A stretch of 64,000 nt of DNA from positions 896,001-960,000 of the forward strand of contig CAVYGB010000008.1 in assembly GCA_963767925.1 (NCBI GenBank), read 5' to 3'. The translations under genes and the position numbers were made by a program. The DNA comes from an uncultured delta proteobacterium (GTDB lineage Bacteria; Myxococcota_A; Polyangia; Fen-1088). The notes under the pieces are model-generated. The model searched no databases. It saw only the letters and a program-made list of their open reading frames with translations, and was not told the origin of the DNA. Of the stretch, positions 49,759-59,046 are shown one piece after another. Within the stretch, counting starts at the first letter, position 1, and each line of letters opens with the position of its first letter.

Positions 49759-52700
49759 TCACTGTTCGCGGCAGTCGGCCGGGATCTCGACCGGGCCGAA
49801 GGCGTAGGGCCGAGCCTGCTTGATCACGAGGGAGCGGGTGGGTCCCACCAGCTTCCACTCCGATTCCATGGCGAACCAGCGGTTGGCGCTGCTCGGATCG
49901 ATGCGGGGGGCGAAGTGGCTGTGCACCGCCCGCATGAGGCAGGCGATGCGGGCGACCTCCGCGGGCTGCAGCACCGGGGTGGCGATCAGGCTGCTGCGCG
50001 ACAGATAGGTGGACGGCGGATCTTTCCACCAGGCGTAAGTCATCGACTCGCTCGCCACGCCGGGGGCCGGGTTGGTGACGCTGGCCTCACCGGCCTGGGC
50101 GTTGAGGTAGTGGACGCTCCCGTAGATCGGGTTGCTGATGTCGCGGCTGACCGCCACCCCGTTGGCCCGCTCCACCCCGTCGTAGGCCTGATGAACCAGC
50201 ACCGCCATCGCCACCTGGCTCTGGTCGACGTTGCCGAGCTCGCGCTCGTCGTAGGCCCGCTCGGCCCACAGGCTGGCCCACACCGCCCGCAGGCCGTCGG
50301 CGAGCACCCGCTCGGGATCGCCGAGCGCGGCGCTCACCGAGGTGTAGAGGCCCGCCCCGCTGAAGCTCGGCAGGTCTTCGGTGTTGCTGCTCGAGCGCAG
50401 ACGGAAGCGCGCCTCGCCGAAGGCGGCCCGGGCGCCGCTCTCCACCTGCGCCAGGAGGGCCGCGTCGACGGGGTGGCTCAGGATGGCGCTGCGAACCTGC
50501 TCGAGGGCGGTGGCCCGGATGGCGGCGTCGCGGGCGAACTCCGGCCGCGCCCGCCAGCCTTGGAGCAGGGCCCGGGCGCCGCTGCCCTCGAAGTGCTCGA
50601 GCGAATGGACCACGGGCAACGCGTAGGCCACCGGCGGCACCGGCACCGGTCCCGGGCAATCGGCCTCGGTCGACTGCACGCGCATCAGCTCCGCGAGCTG
50701 CGCCGCCTTGGCCCCCAGCGCGGGCAGGCGGTCCAGGCCATGTAGCCGCAGGTCCTGCAGGCCCCGCAAGGTGAGATCGATCCGGGGCAGGATCTTCTCG
50801 CCCCGGGGCTTGCGGGACTCCCAGAAGGCCTGGGCCTCGGTTGTCGTCGCCGCGCGCACGGTGAAGCCCCCGCCGTCGACCTGCAGGCGGACCAGCGTCT
50901 CGAACAGGGGGGCCAGGCGGGCGTCCTGACGGGCGGAGACCAGGGCCATGTTGGGCGTGCCCCGGTTCCGGGTCAGCACCCCCACGTGGGACAGGGGGGT
51001 CTGGAAGGCCTCCGTGATCAGCCCGCCGACAAGCGGCACGTCGTTGGGGACGTCATCGGTGACAACGATGACATCGGGACCCAGCCGGGCCCGGGCCAGC
51101 TCGGCGGCCGGAACGAAACGCAGGACCCCGAAGCCCAGACCGGGCGTGATGGGCTGGAAGGTCTGATCCCGGAACGGCGCATTCGGCTCGAGCAGGGGCA
51201 AGGTCCCTTCGATCGCCTTCAGAAGCGCCACTTGCCGTCCCTGGGCCCGGACCGCCCAGGCGCTCGGTCGGGGGGTGCGGGCTGCTACCGCGAAGAAGGC
51301 CCGCCGCATCTGCTCGGCGCTGATCAGATCGGAGCTATCGAACTCCAGGGTCTGGACCCCGGAGCCGCCGTGGCGAACCAGGGTGGCCAGCAGGAAACGC
51401 CGGCCCGCGGTCTGGAAGTACTCTCGATCGGAGAAGGCCCGCCACCCGACATCGAAGGTGGCGGCCTGCGCCGGGTCGCAGCGATCCAGCCGCGGCTCGC
51501 CGAAGATGCGCTCGCGGATGAAGGTGTAGTGCAGCGACCATTGCCGGGCAGCGAGGAAATGCACGGTGTCCCCCGCCGCCATGTCCACCACCACCTTGGA
51601 GGCCAGCCCCTCCAGCCCGGTGCCACCTTCGCCCAGGGCCTGCAGGTCGCCCGGCGTGAGGAGCTGGCGCACCCGGTCGCCCACCTCGCGCGCGGGCAGC
51701 GGGCCGCAGCGGTCGTTTGTCGCTCCGGGCGTGGCCCGGGCGCAGAGCCGGTAGGCCACCGCGCCGCCCGCGTCGTCGCTGGCGAGCGCCAGGGTGGCTC
51801 CCTCTGGTAGCGCCAGGAAGTCGAGCCGGTGCAAGGGGGTGGCGTCGGCCCGGCGGAAGATCGTCACCACGCCCTCCATCTGCGAGGACGTGGCGCTCGC
51901 GCCGAACAGGGCGGCCAGGGTGCCGGCGGGCAGCGGGACCATCAGCCGCTCGCCGGGTGCGATCGATCCGCCGCGGGGCCAGGCCAGCTCGATCCCGTCG
52001 CGCTCGCCCGCCCAGGCGCTGCCCGGCTCCAGGCGGGTCATGCGCAGGGTGTGGCCGGCGAGGTCCAGCGCGGTGGCGTCGAGGTTGGCCACCTCGACGA
52101 AGCCGCTGGGGCGCAGGGCGATCTCGGTGACGGCCAGGCTTCCGGCCGGCTGACCGAAGCCGCCGGGCCAGGTGAACCCGGCGAACCGCACCTCCTCCGG
52201 CAGCTCGGTGGGCAAGGGCGGCCCGCAGGTGGGGCCGTTGACCCGGCCCGGACTGGCGTAGCGGCAGATCGCGAAGCCGCCGCCGTCGGGGAACCGGGCG
52301 TAGGCCACGTTGGTCTCGAGCGCGGGATAGTCGATGGCGTCGGCCAGCGCCCCCCCCACCTCGCGCAGCTCGACCCGTCCCCCGCGGGCGGCCAGCCGGA
52401 AGCCGAGGTGGGCCGGGCCCTGCTCGGGCGATCCGTCGGCCCACAGGAGCGCGGTCTCTCCCGGCGCCAGCCGGCGCGCGGGCAGGGGGTGGGGACGCCC
52501 GCCGTCGCTCAAGGTGAACCCGGCCAGGTCGATCGGCGCGGAGCTGCCGTTGCGCAGCTCGATCCAGTCGTCGGCCTGTCCGACCTCGTCGATCTGGAAG
52601 CCGTCGTCGTCGGCGCACAGCTCGTTGATCCGGAGGCCGGCCCCCGCCGCGCTGTCCCCCGATCCGTCCCGCGAGCCGTCGGCCGGCCCACCGTCGCCTC

Positions 52701-52821
52701 CACCGGGCCGCGGCGGTGGCGATTGCCCGCCGCAACCGATGTCGGGCAGCGCTGCCGCGACAAGCGTCAGAATTGCGAGAGTCCGTCCGGCCCGGGCCGG
52801 GGTTGTCGGGGTGAACGGCAT
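49759..52821 (-). CDS. Lipoprotein: two lamin-tail domains, phospho-His swivel domain and PPDK-type ATP-grasp domain
   Basis: GAGG RBS; IGC lipobox-like motif; INEL..DWIELRN and VTEI..FVEV.N (LTD); ITEAFQTPLSHVGVLTRNRGTP; GAKAA.L, RSSSNTEDL..FSGAGLY.S, E.EWK..IKQARP. Confidence 0.8.
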   Translation of the reverse strand: MPFTPTTPARAGRTLAILTLVAAALPDIGCGGQSPPPRPGGGDGGPADGSRDGSGDSAAGAGLRINELCADDDGFQIDEVGQADDWIELRNGSSAPIDLAGFTLSDGGRPHPLPARRLAPGETALLWADGSPEQGPAHLGFRLAARGGRVELREVGGALADAIDYPALETNVAYARFPDGGGFAICRYASPGRVNGPTCGPPLPTELPEEVRFAGFTWPGGFGQPAGSLAVTEIALRPSGFVEVANLDATALDLAGHTLRMTRLEPGSAWAGERDGIELAWPRGGSIAPGERLMVPLPAGTLAALFGASATSSQMEGVVTIFRRADATPLHRLDFLALPEGATLALASDDAGGAVAYRLCARATPGATNDRCGPLPAREVGDRVRQLLTPGDLQALGEGGTGLEGLASKVVVDMAAGDTVHFLAARQWSLHYTFIRERIFGEPRLDRCDPAQAATFDVGWRAFSDREYFQTAGRRFLLATLVRHGGSGVQTLEFDSSDLISAEQMRRAFFAVAARTPRPSAWAVRAQGRQVALLKAIEGTLPLLEPNAPFRDQTFQPITPGLGFGVLRFVPAAELARARLGPDVIVVTDDVPNDVPLVGGLITEAFQTPLSHVGVLTRNRGTPNMALVSARQDARLAPLFETLVRLQVDGGGFTVRAATTTEAQAFWESRKPRGEKILPRIDLTLRGLQDLRLHGLDRLPALGAKAAQLAELMRVQSTEADCPGPVPVPPVAYALPVVHSLEHFEGSGARALLQGWRARPEFARDAAIRATALEQVRSAILSHPVDAALLAQVESGARAAFGEARFRLRSSSNTEDLPSFSGAGLYTSVSAALGDPERVLADGLRAVWASLWAERAYDERELGNVDQSQVAMAVLVHQAYDGVERANGVAVSRDISNPIYGSVHYLNAQAGEASVTNPAPGVASESMTYAWWKDPPSTYLSRSSLIATPVLQPAEVARIACLMRAVHSHFAPRIDPSSANRWFAMESEWKLVGPTRSLVIKQARPYAFGPVEIPADCREQ

Positions 52822-53034
52822 GGAATCTTCCTCGCTCCCACCCCACAGCAAGGGTCGGGCCGGACCCCGGGCCCTCGAGCGGGGCACCGGCGGGAGGTGG
52901 CCGCCGGTACGCCCCCGTCCCACGACCGGAATGTCGCGATCCGGTCGTGATCTCCATCGGCACCCGGGCGCGAATCCCGAGCGAGCCCGGGGGATCCTGC
53001 CGCTGGTCGACAAACCGTGGCACAATGACCGGCG

Positions 53035-53340
53035 TTGAAGCGGGTCATCCTCGTCGTCGCGTTCGCGCTGTTCGCCGTGCAGGCGAGCGGTCTCGCCCAG
53101 GGGGTGGAGATCCCGTGCGCGGAGCGCTGCCAGGACGACGGGCCCGATGGCCGCTGCGCCCCCACCTGCCAGGATTGTCTCTGCTGCGCCCAGGTCCGGG
53201 TGTACCCGGCGGGCGCACCCACCGCGCTGGTCCCCACGCAGCCGGTCGCGCGGATCGCCTGGCCGGCGCAAGCGACGCCGGCTTCGCCCGACCCGGGTGA
53301 GATCCTGCGGGTCCCCAAGGGCGCTCCGATCCGAACCTGA
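53035..53340 (+). CDS. Small secreted Cys-rich leader-like protein upstream of the metal RND operon (CutF/CruR/DUF2946-like)
   Basis: Signal peptide; CAERC, CAPTCQDCLCC; Pro-rich tail ending SPDPGEILRVP. Confidence 0.65.
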   Translation: MKRVILVVAFALFAVQASGLAQGVEIPCAERCQDDGPDGRCAPTCQDCLCCAQVRVYPAGAPTALVPTQPVARIAWPAQATPASPDPGEILRVPKGAPIRT

Positions 53341-53501
53341 AGCGCCTGGCTGCCGCCAGGACAGAACGCCAGAGGTGACCCGGGGAGTCCCCGGGCGGCA
53401 CCCTGCGATGGTCAGCGTCCGCCGATCGCGCGCGCCTGTGCGTGCCGGCCGGGCGCGCCCGAACCACCCGATCCATCCGCGCCCACGTCGAGAGATCCAC
53501 C

Positions 53502-54725
53502 ATGTCCCGCAAGCTCCTGTCCGCGACGGCGGCGGCGTTGTTCACGCTGCCCGCCTGGCCAACCTCTGCCCAGCCGTCCCTCACCCTCGATCGGGCCCTC
53601 GTCCTGGCCCGGGAGCGGGCGCCGGCCGTGCTGGCCGCCCGGCTGCAGATCGAGGAGGCCCGGGGCCACCTCTCCGGAGCGCGCGCCTGGCTCGCCGAGA
53701 ATCCGACCCTGAGCGGAGGGCTGGGCCGGCGCCTCGGCGTCGGCCCCGCCCGCCCCCTGGAGGCGCAGGTCGAGCTGAGCCAGCCGGTCGAGCTCGGCGG
53801 GCGCCGCGCAGCCCGGATCGAGGCCGCCGACGCCGGGGTGGCGGCGGCCGCCGCCGGCAGCGAGGGGACGCTCCGGGAGACGGAGGCGCAGGTGGCGCGG
53901 GCCTTCTTCCGGGCTCTGTTCGCGGCCGAGCGGGCCCGGCTGGCGGCGGCGACCCAGGAGACGGCGGCCCACTCGGCGCGGGCGCTCGAGCGCAGGCATC
54001 AGGTGGGCGACGTGCCGATCCTCGAGGTGAACCTGGCCCGGACCGCCCTGGCGCGGGCGTCGGCCGAGGTCCGGGGTGCGCGGGCGCTCGAGCTGGCGGC
54101 GCTGGGGGACCTCGAGGTCCTCCTCGGCCTCGAGCCGGGGGCCAGCGTCGCGGTGTCGGGCCGCCTCGAGGATCAGCGCCGCTACGACCTCCCGCGCCTG
54201 CTCGAGCGGTCCGGACAGCGCTCCGACACGCGGGCGCTGCTGGCGGAGGCCCGGGCGGCGCGCGCCCAGGCGTCCCTGGCCCGGGCCGAGCGCTGGCCGC
54301 GCCTGGGCCTGGGCGGCTCGTTCGAGCGCGAGGACGGCGAGGACCTCGTGCTCGGGACGCTGTCGCTGGAGCTCCCCGTCTTCCAGCGCGGGCAGGGCCT
54401 GCGGGCGGCGGCGGAGGCCCGGGCCCGGCGCCTGGCCGGGCAGGCCGAGGCCACCCGGCGGGCAGCCGAGGCGGCGGTGCGGGTGGCGTTCGAGGTCCAC
54501 CAGCAGCGCCTGGCCGCCGCGCGCGCGCTGCAGGAGGTCCTGCCGCTGGTGGCCGACAACGAGGCGCTGGCCAGCCGCAGCCTGGAGGCCGGCCAGCTCT
54601 CCCTGGCCGACTGGCTGGTGGTCCGCCGGGAGGCGCTCGAGACCCGCCGGGAGTACCTCGAGCGCCTGCTGGAAGCGGCCGACGCCGGGGTGGGGCTGGC
54701 GCTGGCCGCCGGGGTGTCGCCATGA
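53502..54725 (+). CDS. TolC/CzcC-family outer-membrane factor
   Basis: ENPTL, LSQPVELGG.R.ARI, LPVFQRGQG, EAGQLSL; ATGA overlap with the adaptor gene. Confidence 0.9.
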   Translation: MSRKLLSATAAALFTLPAWPTSAQPSLTLDRALVLARERAPAVLAARLQIEEARGHLSGARAWLAENPTLSGGLGRRLGVGPARPLEAQVELSQPVELGGRRAARIEAADAGVAAAAAGSEGTLRETEAQVARAFFRALFAAERARLAAATQETAAHSARALERRHQVGDVPILEVNLARTALARASAEVRGARALELAALGDLEVLLGLEPGASVAVSGRLEDQRRYDLPRLLERSGQRSDTRALLAEARAARAQASLARAERWPRLGLGGSFEREDGEDLVLGTLSLELPVFQRGQGLRAAAEARARRLAGQAEATRRAAEAAVRVAFEVHQQRLAAARALQEVLPLVADNEALASRSLEAGQLSLADWLVVRREALETRREYLERLLEAADAGVGLALAAGVSP

Positions 54726-55933
54726 CCCGGCCGCGGCTCTCCGCGCTGCTGATCGCCGCCGCGACCCTGGCGGTGGGGGCCTGCAAGCGCGGGCATGAAG
54801 ACGGGCACGGGGACGACGATCACCCGCCCCGGGCCGGCGAGGCCGCCGGCGAGCACGCGCCGGTGAAGGCGGCCGATCCCGGGCTGCTGCGGGTCGATCC
54901 CGAGATGGTGCGCGACCTGCGCATCACGACCGCCCGGGTCGAGAGCCGGCCCGGCGACGAGGGGGTCACCCTGCTGGGCGAGCTGCAGGTCGATCAGGAG
55001 CGCTACGCCGAGGTGGGCGTCCCGGTGAGCGGGCGGATCCACCGCCTGCTCGCCGCGCCCGGCGATCGCGTGAAGGCCGGACAGGTGCTCGCCGAGGTCG
55101 AGAGCGTCGAGCTCGGCAAGGTCCGGGCGGCCGAGGTGGGGGCCCGGGCCCGGGCCGAGCTGGCCCGCCTGACTCTCGAGCGCAAGGGCCGCCTGGTGGC
55201 CGAGCGGATCCTGGCCGAGCGCGAGCTGGAGGAGGCCCAGGCCGACGCGAAGGCGGCGGAGGCCGAGCTGCGGGCCGCCCGCAGCACGCTCTCGGCGCTG
55301 GGGAGCGCGGCCGCCGGCGAGGGGGGAGGGGGGGCCCGCTTCGCCCTGCGCACGCCGGTCGCCGGCACGGTCCTCGAGCGGGAGGTGGCGCGCGGGCAAA
55401 GTGTCGACCCCGACAAGCGGCTGTTTCGCATCGCCGACCTCGGCAACCTCTGGTTGACCGTGCACGCCTTCGAGCGCGACGCCCTCCGGGTGCGCACCGG
55501 GGCCCAGGCCCGGGTGACCTTCCCCGCGCTGCCGGGACGGACCTTCAAGGGGCAGGTCTCCTGGGTCGGCAGCCAGGTCGACGTCACCTCCCGGACCATC
55601 CCGGTGCGGGTGACGGTGCCCAACCCCGAAGCGCTGCTCCGCCCGGGGATGTCGGCGAGCGCGTTCATCCTGGTGGGCGATCCCGCCAGCAAGGTCATCA
55701 CCGTGCCGGCGGCCTCCCTGCAGCGGCTCGATCGGGACTGGGTGGTGTTTCTCCCCGCCGACGCGCGCCACAGCTTCCAGGTGCGGCGGGTGGGCCGGGG
55801 CCGCGACCTCGGAGGCGAGGTCGAGATCGTGTCGAACCTGTCGGCCGGCGAGGTGGTGGTCGTCGATGGGGCCTTCCTGCTCAAGGCCGAGGCGGAGAAG
55901 GCCCGCGGCATGGGCGAGCGACACGAGCACTGA
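54722..55933 (+). CDS. CzcB-like RND periplasmic adaptor with His-rich termini
   Basis: Lipobox VGAC; HEDGHGDDDH; LRTPVAG, IADL..LW, LRPGM; ends in HEH. Confidence 0.92.
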   Translation: MTRPRLSALLIAAATLAVGACKRGHEDGHGDDDHPPRAGEAAGEHAPVKAADPGLLRVDPEMVRDLRITTARVESRPGDEGVTLLGELQVDQERYAEVGVPVSGRIHRLLAAPGDRVKAGQVLAEVESVELGKVRAAEVGARARAELARLTLERKGRLVAERILAERELEEAQADAKAAEAELRAARSTLSALGSAAAGEGGGGARFALRTPVAGTVLEREVARGQSVDPDKRLFRIADLGNLWLTVHAFERDALRVRTGAQARVTFPALPGRTFKGQVSWVGSQVDVTSRTIPVRVTVPNPEALLRPGMSASAFILVGDPASKVITVPAASLQRLDRDWVVFLPADARHSFQVRRVGRGRDLGGEVEIVSNLSAGEVVVVDGAFLLKAEAEKARGMGERHEH

Positions 55934-55941
55934 GGAACGCC

Positions 55942-58900
55942 ATGACCCTCGTCGACCGCGTCGTCGCGACAAGCTTTCGCCGGGCCCCGGTGGTCCTGGT
56001 CCTGGTCCTGGCCGGGGCCGCCGCCGGCGTGCTCGGGTTCGGGCAGCTCCGCCGGGACGTGTTTCCCGACCTCTCGGCGCCGGTGTTCAACGTCATCGTG
56101 CAGAACGCCGCCATGGGCGCCGAGGAGCTGGAGATCGGAGTGGCCGTCCCGCTCGAGGCGGCCCTCGCCGGTCTGCCCGACGTCCGCCGCATCCGCTCGA
56201 GCTCCCAGCTCGGCGTGGCCCAGGTGACCATCGAGTTCGAGGCCCGGGCCGACTACCACCGGGCCCGCCAGCTCGTGGCCGAGCGGGTCGCCCAGGCGGC
56301 CCCCCAGCTCCCCGCGGGGACCGACCGGCCCCTGGTCTCCAGCCTGACCGGCCGGCTCAACGAGATCCTGGAGTTCACCCTGGAGGCCCGCCCCGGGGTG
56401 GCCGACCTGATGACCTTGCGCGACCTGGCCGAGTTCGAGGTGCAGAACCGCCTGCTGGCGGTGCCGGGGGTGGCGGCGGTCGAGATCCTGGGCGGCTACC
56501 TCCGGCAGTTCCAGATCCTCCTCGATCCCGATCGCCTGGCCGCGCGGGGCGTGACCCTCGACGAGGTCATGCACGCCGCCGAGGGAGCCAACCTCGACGC
56601 CTCGGGCGGCTTCCTGGTGCGCGGGCCGACCGAGTGGTCGGTGCGGGCCATGGCGCGGGCCGGTCGGGTCGAGGACATCCGCTCGACGGTCGTGGCGGTG
56701 CGGGGAGGGACCCCGGTCAACCTCGGCGACGTGGCCGAGGTGCGGGAGGGGCCGGCGGTGCGGCGGGGCATCGCCCACCGCCTGCGGGGAGAGGTGGTGA
56801 GCTGCCGGGTGGTCAAGCAGTTCGGGGCCGACACGGTCAAGGTGGCGGACGAGGTGCGCCGGGCCATCGCCGAGCTGGCCGTCGGGCTGCCCCGGGGAGT
56901 GGCCTTGCGGGTTGTGTACGACCAGGCCGATCTGGTGCGGGCCTCGCTCGACGGGGTGGGGCGGGCGGTGCTGGCGGGCGCGGCCTTCGTGGTCCTCGTC
57001 ATCTTCCTGCTGCTCGGCAACCTGCGGGCCGCCCTCGTCGTGACGGTCACCATCCCGCTGTCGCTCGCCCTGGCCGGGCTGGTCCTCGAGCAGATCGGCG
57101 TGGGCCTCAACGCCATGACCCTGGGGGGGCTGGCGGTGGCGGTCGGCCTCCTGGTGGACGCCTCGATCATCGTCACCGAAAACGTGGTCCACAGGCTGAA
57201 CCAGGAAGGCAGCGCCGATCGGCGGGAGCGGGTGATCGCAGCCGCCCAGGAGGTCGGCCGCCCCATCGCCTTCGCCACCCTGATCGTCGTCGCCGTCTTC
57301 GCGCCCCTCATCGGGCTGACCGGCCTGGAGGGGCGCATGTACCAGCCGCTGGCCATCGCGGTCATCGCCTCGGTGCTGGCCGCGCTGGCGCTGTCGTTGA
57401 CCCTGGTGCCCCTGCTGGCGAGCCTGCTCATCCGCGGCCGGCCCGGCGCTGGCCCGGACGGGGGCGACGTCTGGCTGATCCGGGCGGTGAAGGCCCGCTA
57501 CCGGCCGCTGCTCGCCTGGTGCCTGCGGCGGGCCGGGCTGGTGCGCCTGGCGACGCTGGGGTTGACCCTGCCGGCGGTCGCCCTGGCCCTGACCATCGGC
57601 ACCGACTTCATGCCCCGGATCGACGAAGGCGCCCTGCTGCTGCAGACCGTGCTGCCCGCGGAGGCCTCGCTCGACGAGGTCGACCGGCTCAACCACCGGG
57701 TCGAGGACGTGTTGCGGAACTTCTCCGAGGTCGACGACGTCGTCCGCCGCACCGGCCGGGCGGAGCGCACGGAGGATCCCATGCCCCACACCGTCTCGGA
57801 CGTGCTGGTGGTGCTGCATCCCGATCGAGCTCGCTCCCGCGAGGAGCTGGAGCGGGCCATGCGGGCCGCCCTGGCGAAGGTCCCGGGGGTGTCGGTCCTG
57901 TTCACCACCCCGCTCGGCATGCGCATCGACGAGGGGCTGGGCGGCACCCCCGCCGACCTCGCGGTCCGGATCTTCGGCACCGATCTCACGGTGCTCGGGC
58001 AGCTCGCCGGGCAGGCCGAGGCCATCATGACCCGGGTGCGGGGGCTGGCCGACCTGCGCAGCGAGCAGCTCGGCGGCTTGCCCCAGCTCCGGGTCAACGT
58101 AGATCGGGCGGCGGTGGCCCGGGTGGGCCTCACCCCCGGCGACGTGGTGCGGGCCGTGCGCATCGGGCTGGTTGGCGAGCAGGTCTCGGAGATCTGGGTG
58201 GGGCAGCGGCGCTTCGATCTCATCGTGAGGTTGCAGGACGAGCGCCGGAGCAGCGCCGAGTCGATCCGGGCCCTGTTCATCGACGGCCATGACGGCACCC
58301 GCATCCCGCTGGGCCAGCTCGCCGAGATCGAAGAGGCCTTCGGCGCCGGGGCCATCCGGCGGGAGGCGGGTAGCCGCCGGATCGCGGTGGAGGCCTCGGT
58401 GGGGGGACGGGACCTCGGCGGCGCGGCGGCGGAGGTGCGGCGCGCGCTCGCCGCCGACCTGAAGCTGCCCCCCGGCTATTTCTTCGACGTGGGCGGGCGG
58501 GCCGAGAGCCAGGCCCGGGCCACCCGCGCGCTGGTCGTCGCCCTGGCCCTGGCCCTGGTGGCGGTCTTCCTCCTGCTCTACCTGGCTCTCGGCAGCCTGG
58601 CCGAGGTGCTCGTCATCCTGGCGACCCTGCCCGACGCGTTCGTCGGTGGCATCCTGGCGCTGCTGATCGCGGGGGAGACCTGGAACGTCTCCTCCCTGGT
58701 GGGCCTCATCGGCCTGTTCGGGATCGCCGTGCAGAACGGGCTGGTGCTCGTCTCGCAGACCCGCGACCTGCTGGCCGCGGGCCTGCCCTTCGATAGGGCG
58801 CTGTCGGAGGCCTGCCTGGGCCGGGTGCGGCCCAAGCTGATGACGGCGGCCACCGCGATCCTCGGCCTCTTGCCCCTGCTGGTGTTGCCCCTGCACGGCA

Positions 58901-59046
58901 CCGAGATCGAGCGGCCGCTGGCGGTGGTCATGATCGGCGGCCTCGTCACCTCGACCCTCTTCACCTTGCTGGCGTTGCCGACTTTCTATGTTCTGGTCAA
59001 TCAGCTGCGGGTTTCCTGGCGGTCGCGGCGAGGCAAGAACGCGTGA
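55942..59046 (+). CDS. CzcA/CusA-family heavy-metal RND permease
   Basis: 1034 aa; DVFPDL, GLLVDASIIVTEN, GRAERTEDPM, GIAVQNG, RVRPKLMTA. Confidence 0.95.
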   Translation: MTLVDRVVATSFRRAPVVLVLVLAGAAAGVLGFGQLRRDVFPDLSAPVFNVIVQNAAMGAEELEIGVAVPLEAALAGLPDVRRIRSSSQLGVAQVTIEFEARADYHRARQLVAERVAQAAPQLPAGTDRPLVSSLTGRLNEILEFTLEARPGVADLMTLRDLAEFEVQNRLLAVPGVAAVEILGGYLRQFQILLDPDRLAARGVTLDEVMHAAEGANLDASGGFLVRGPTEWSVRAMARAGRVEDIRSTVVAVRGGTPVNLGDVAEVREGPAVRRGIAHRLRGEVVSCRVVKQFGADTVKVADEVRRAIAELAVGLPRGVALRVVYDQADLVRASLDGVGRAVLAGAAFVVLVIFLLLGNLRAALVVTVTIPLSLALAGLVLEQIGVGLNAMTLGGLAVAVGLLVDASIIVTENVVHRLNQEGSADRRERVIAAAQEVGRPIAFATLIVVAVFAPLIGLTGLEGRMYQPLAIAVIASVLAALALSLTLVPLLASLLIRGRPGAGPDGGDVWLIRAVKARYRPLLAWCLRRAGLVRLATLGLTLPAVALALTIGTDFMPRIDEGALLLQTVLPAEASLDEVDRLNHRVEDVLRNFSEVDDVVRRTGRAERTEDPMPHTVSDVLVVLHPDRARSREELERAMRAALAKVPGVSVLFTTPLGMRIDEGLGGTPADLAVRIFGTDLTVLGQLAGQAEAIMTRVRGLADLRSEQLGGLPQLRVNVDRAAVARVGLTPGDVVRAVRIGLVGEQVSEIWVGQRRFDLIVRLQDERRSSAESIRALFIDGHDGTRIPLGQLAEIEEAFGAGAIRREAGSRRIAVEASVGGRDLGGAAAEVRRALAADLKLPPGYFFDVGGRAESQARATRALVVALALALVAVFLLLYLALGSLAEVLVILATLPDAFVGGILALLIAGETWNVSSLVGLIGLFGIAVQNGLVLVSQTRDLLAAGLPFDRALSEACLGRVRPKLMTAATAILGLLPLLVLPLHGTEIERPLAVVMIGGLVTSTLFTLLALPTFYVLVNQLRVSWRSRRGKNA

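Noticed and set aside
55003..58896. Very long antisense or alternate-frame ORFs (e.g. 55003-58896, 46304-49588, 32960-35965, 33238-36054, 11618-14398)
   Set aside because: They shadow well-supported genes and are Arg/Pro/Gly-rich, as expected from high-GC codon bias.
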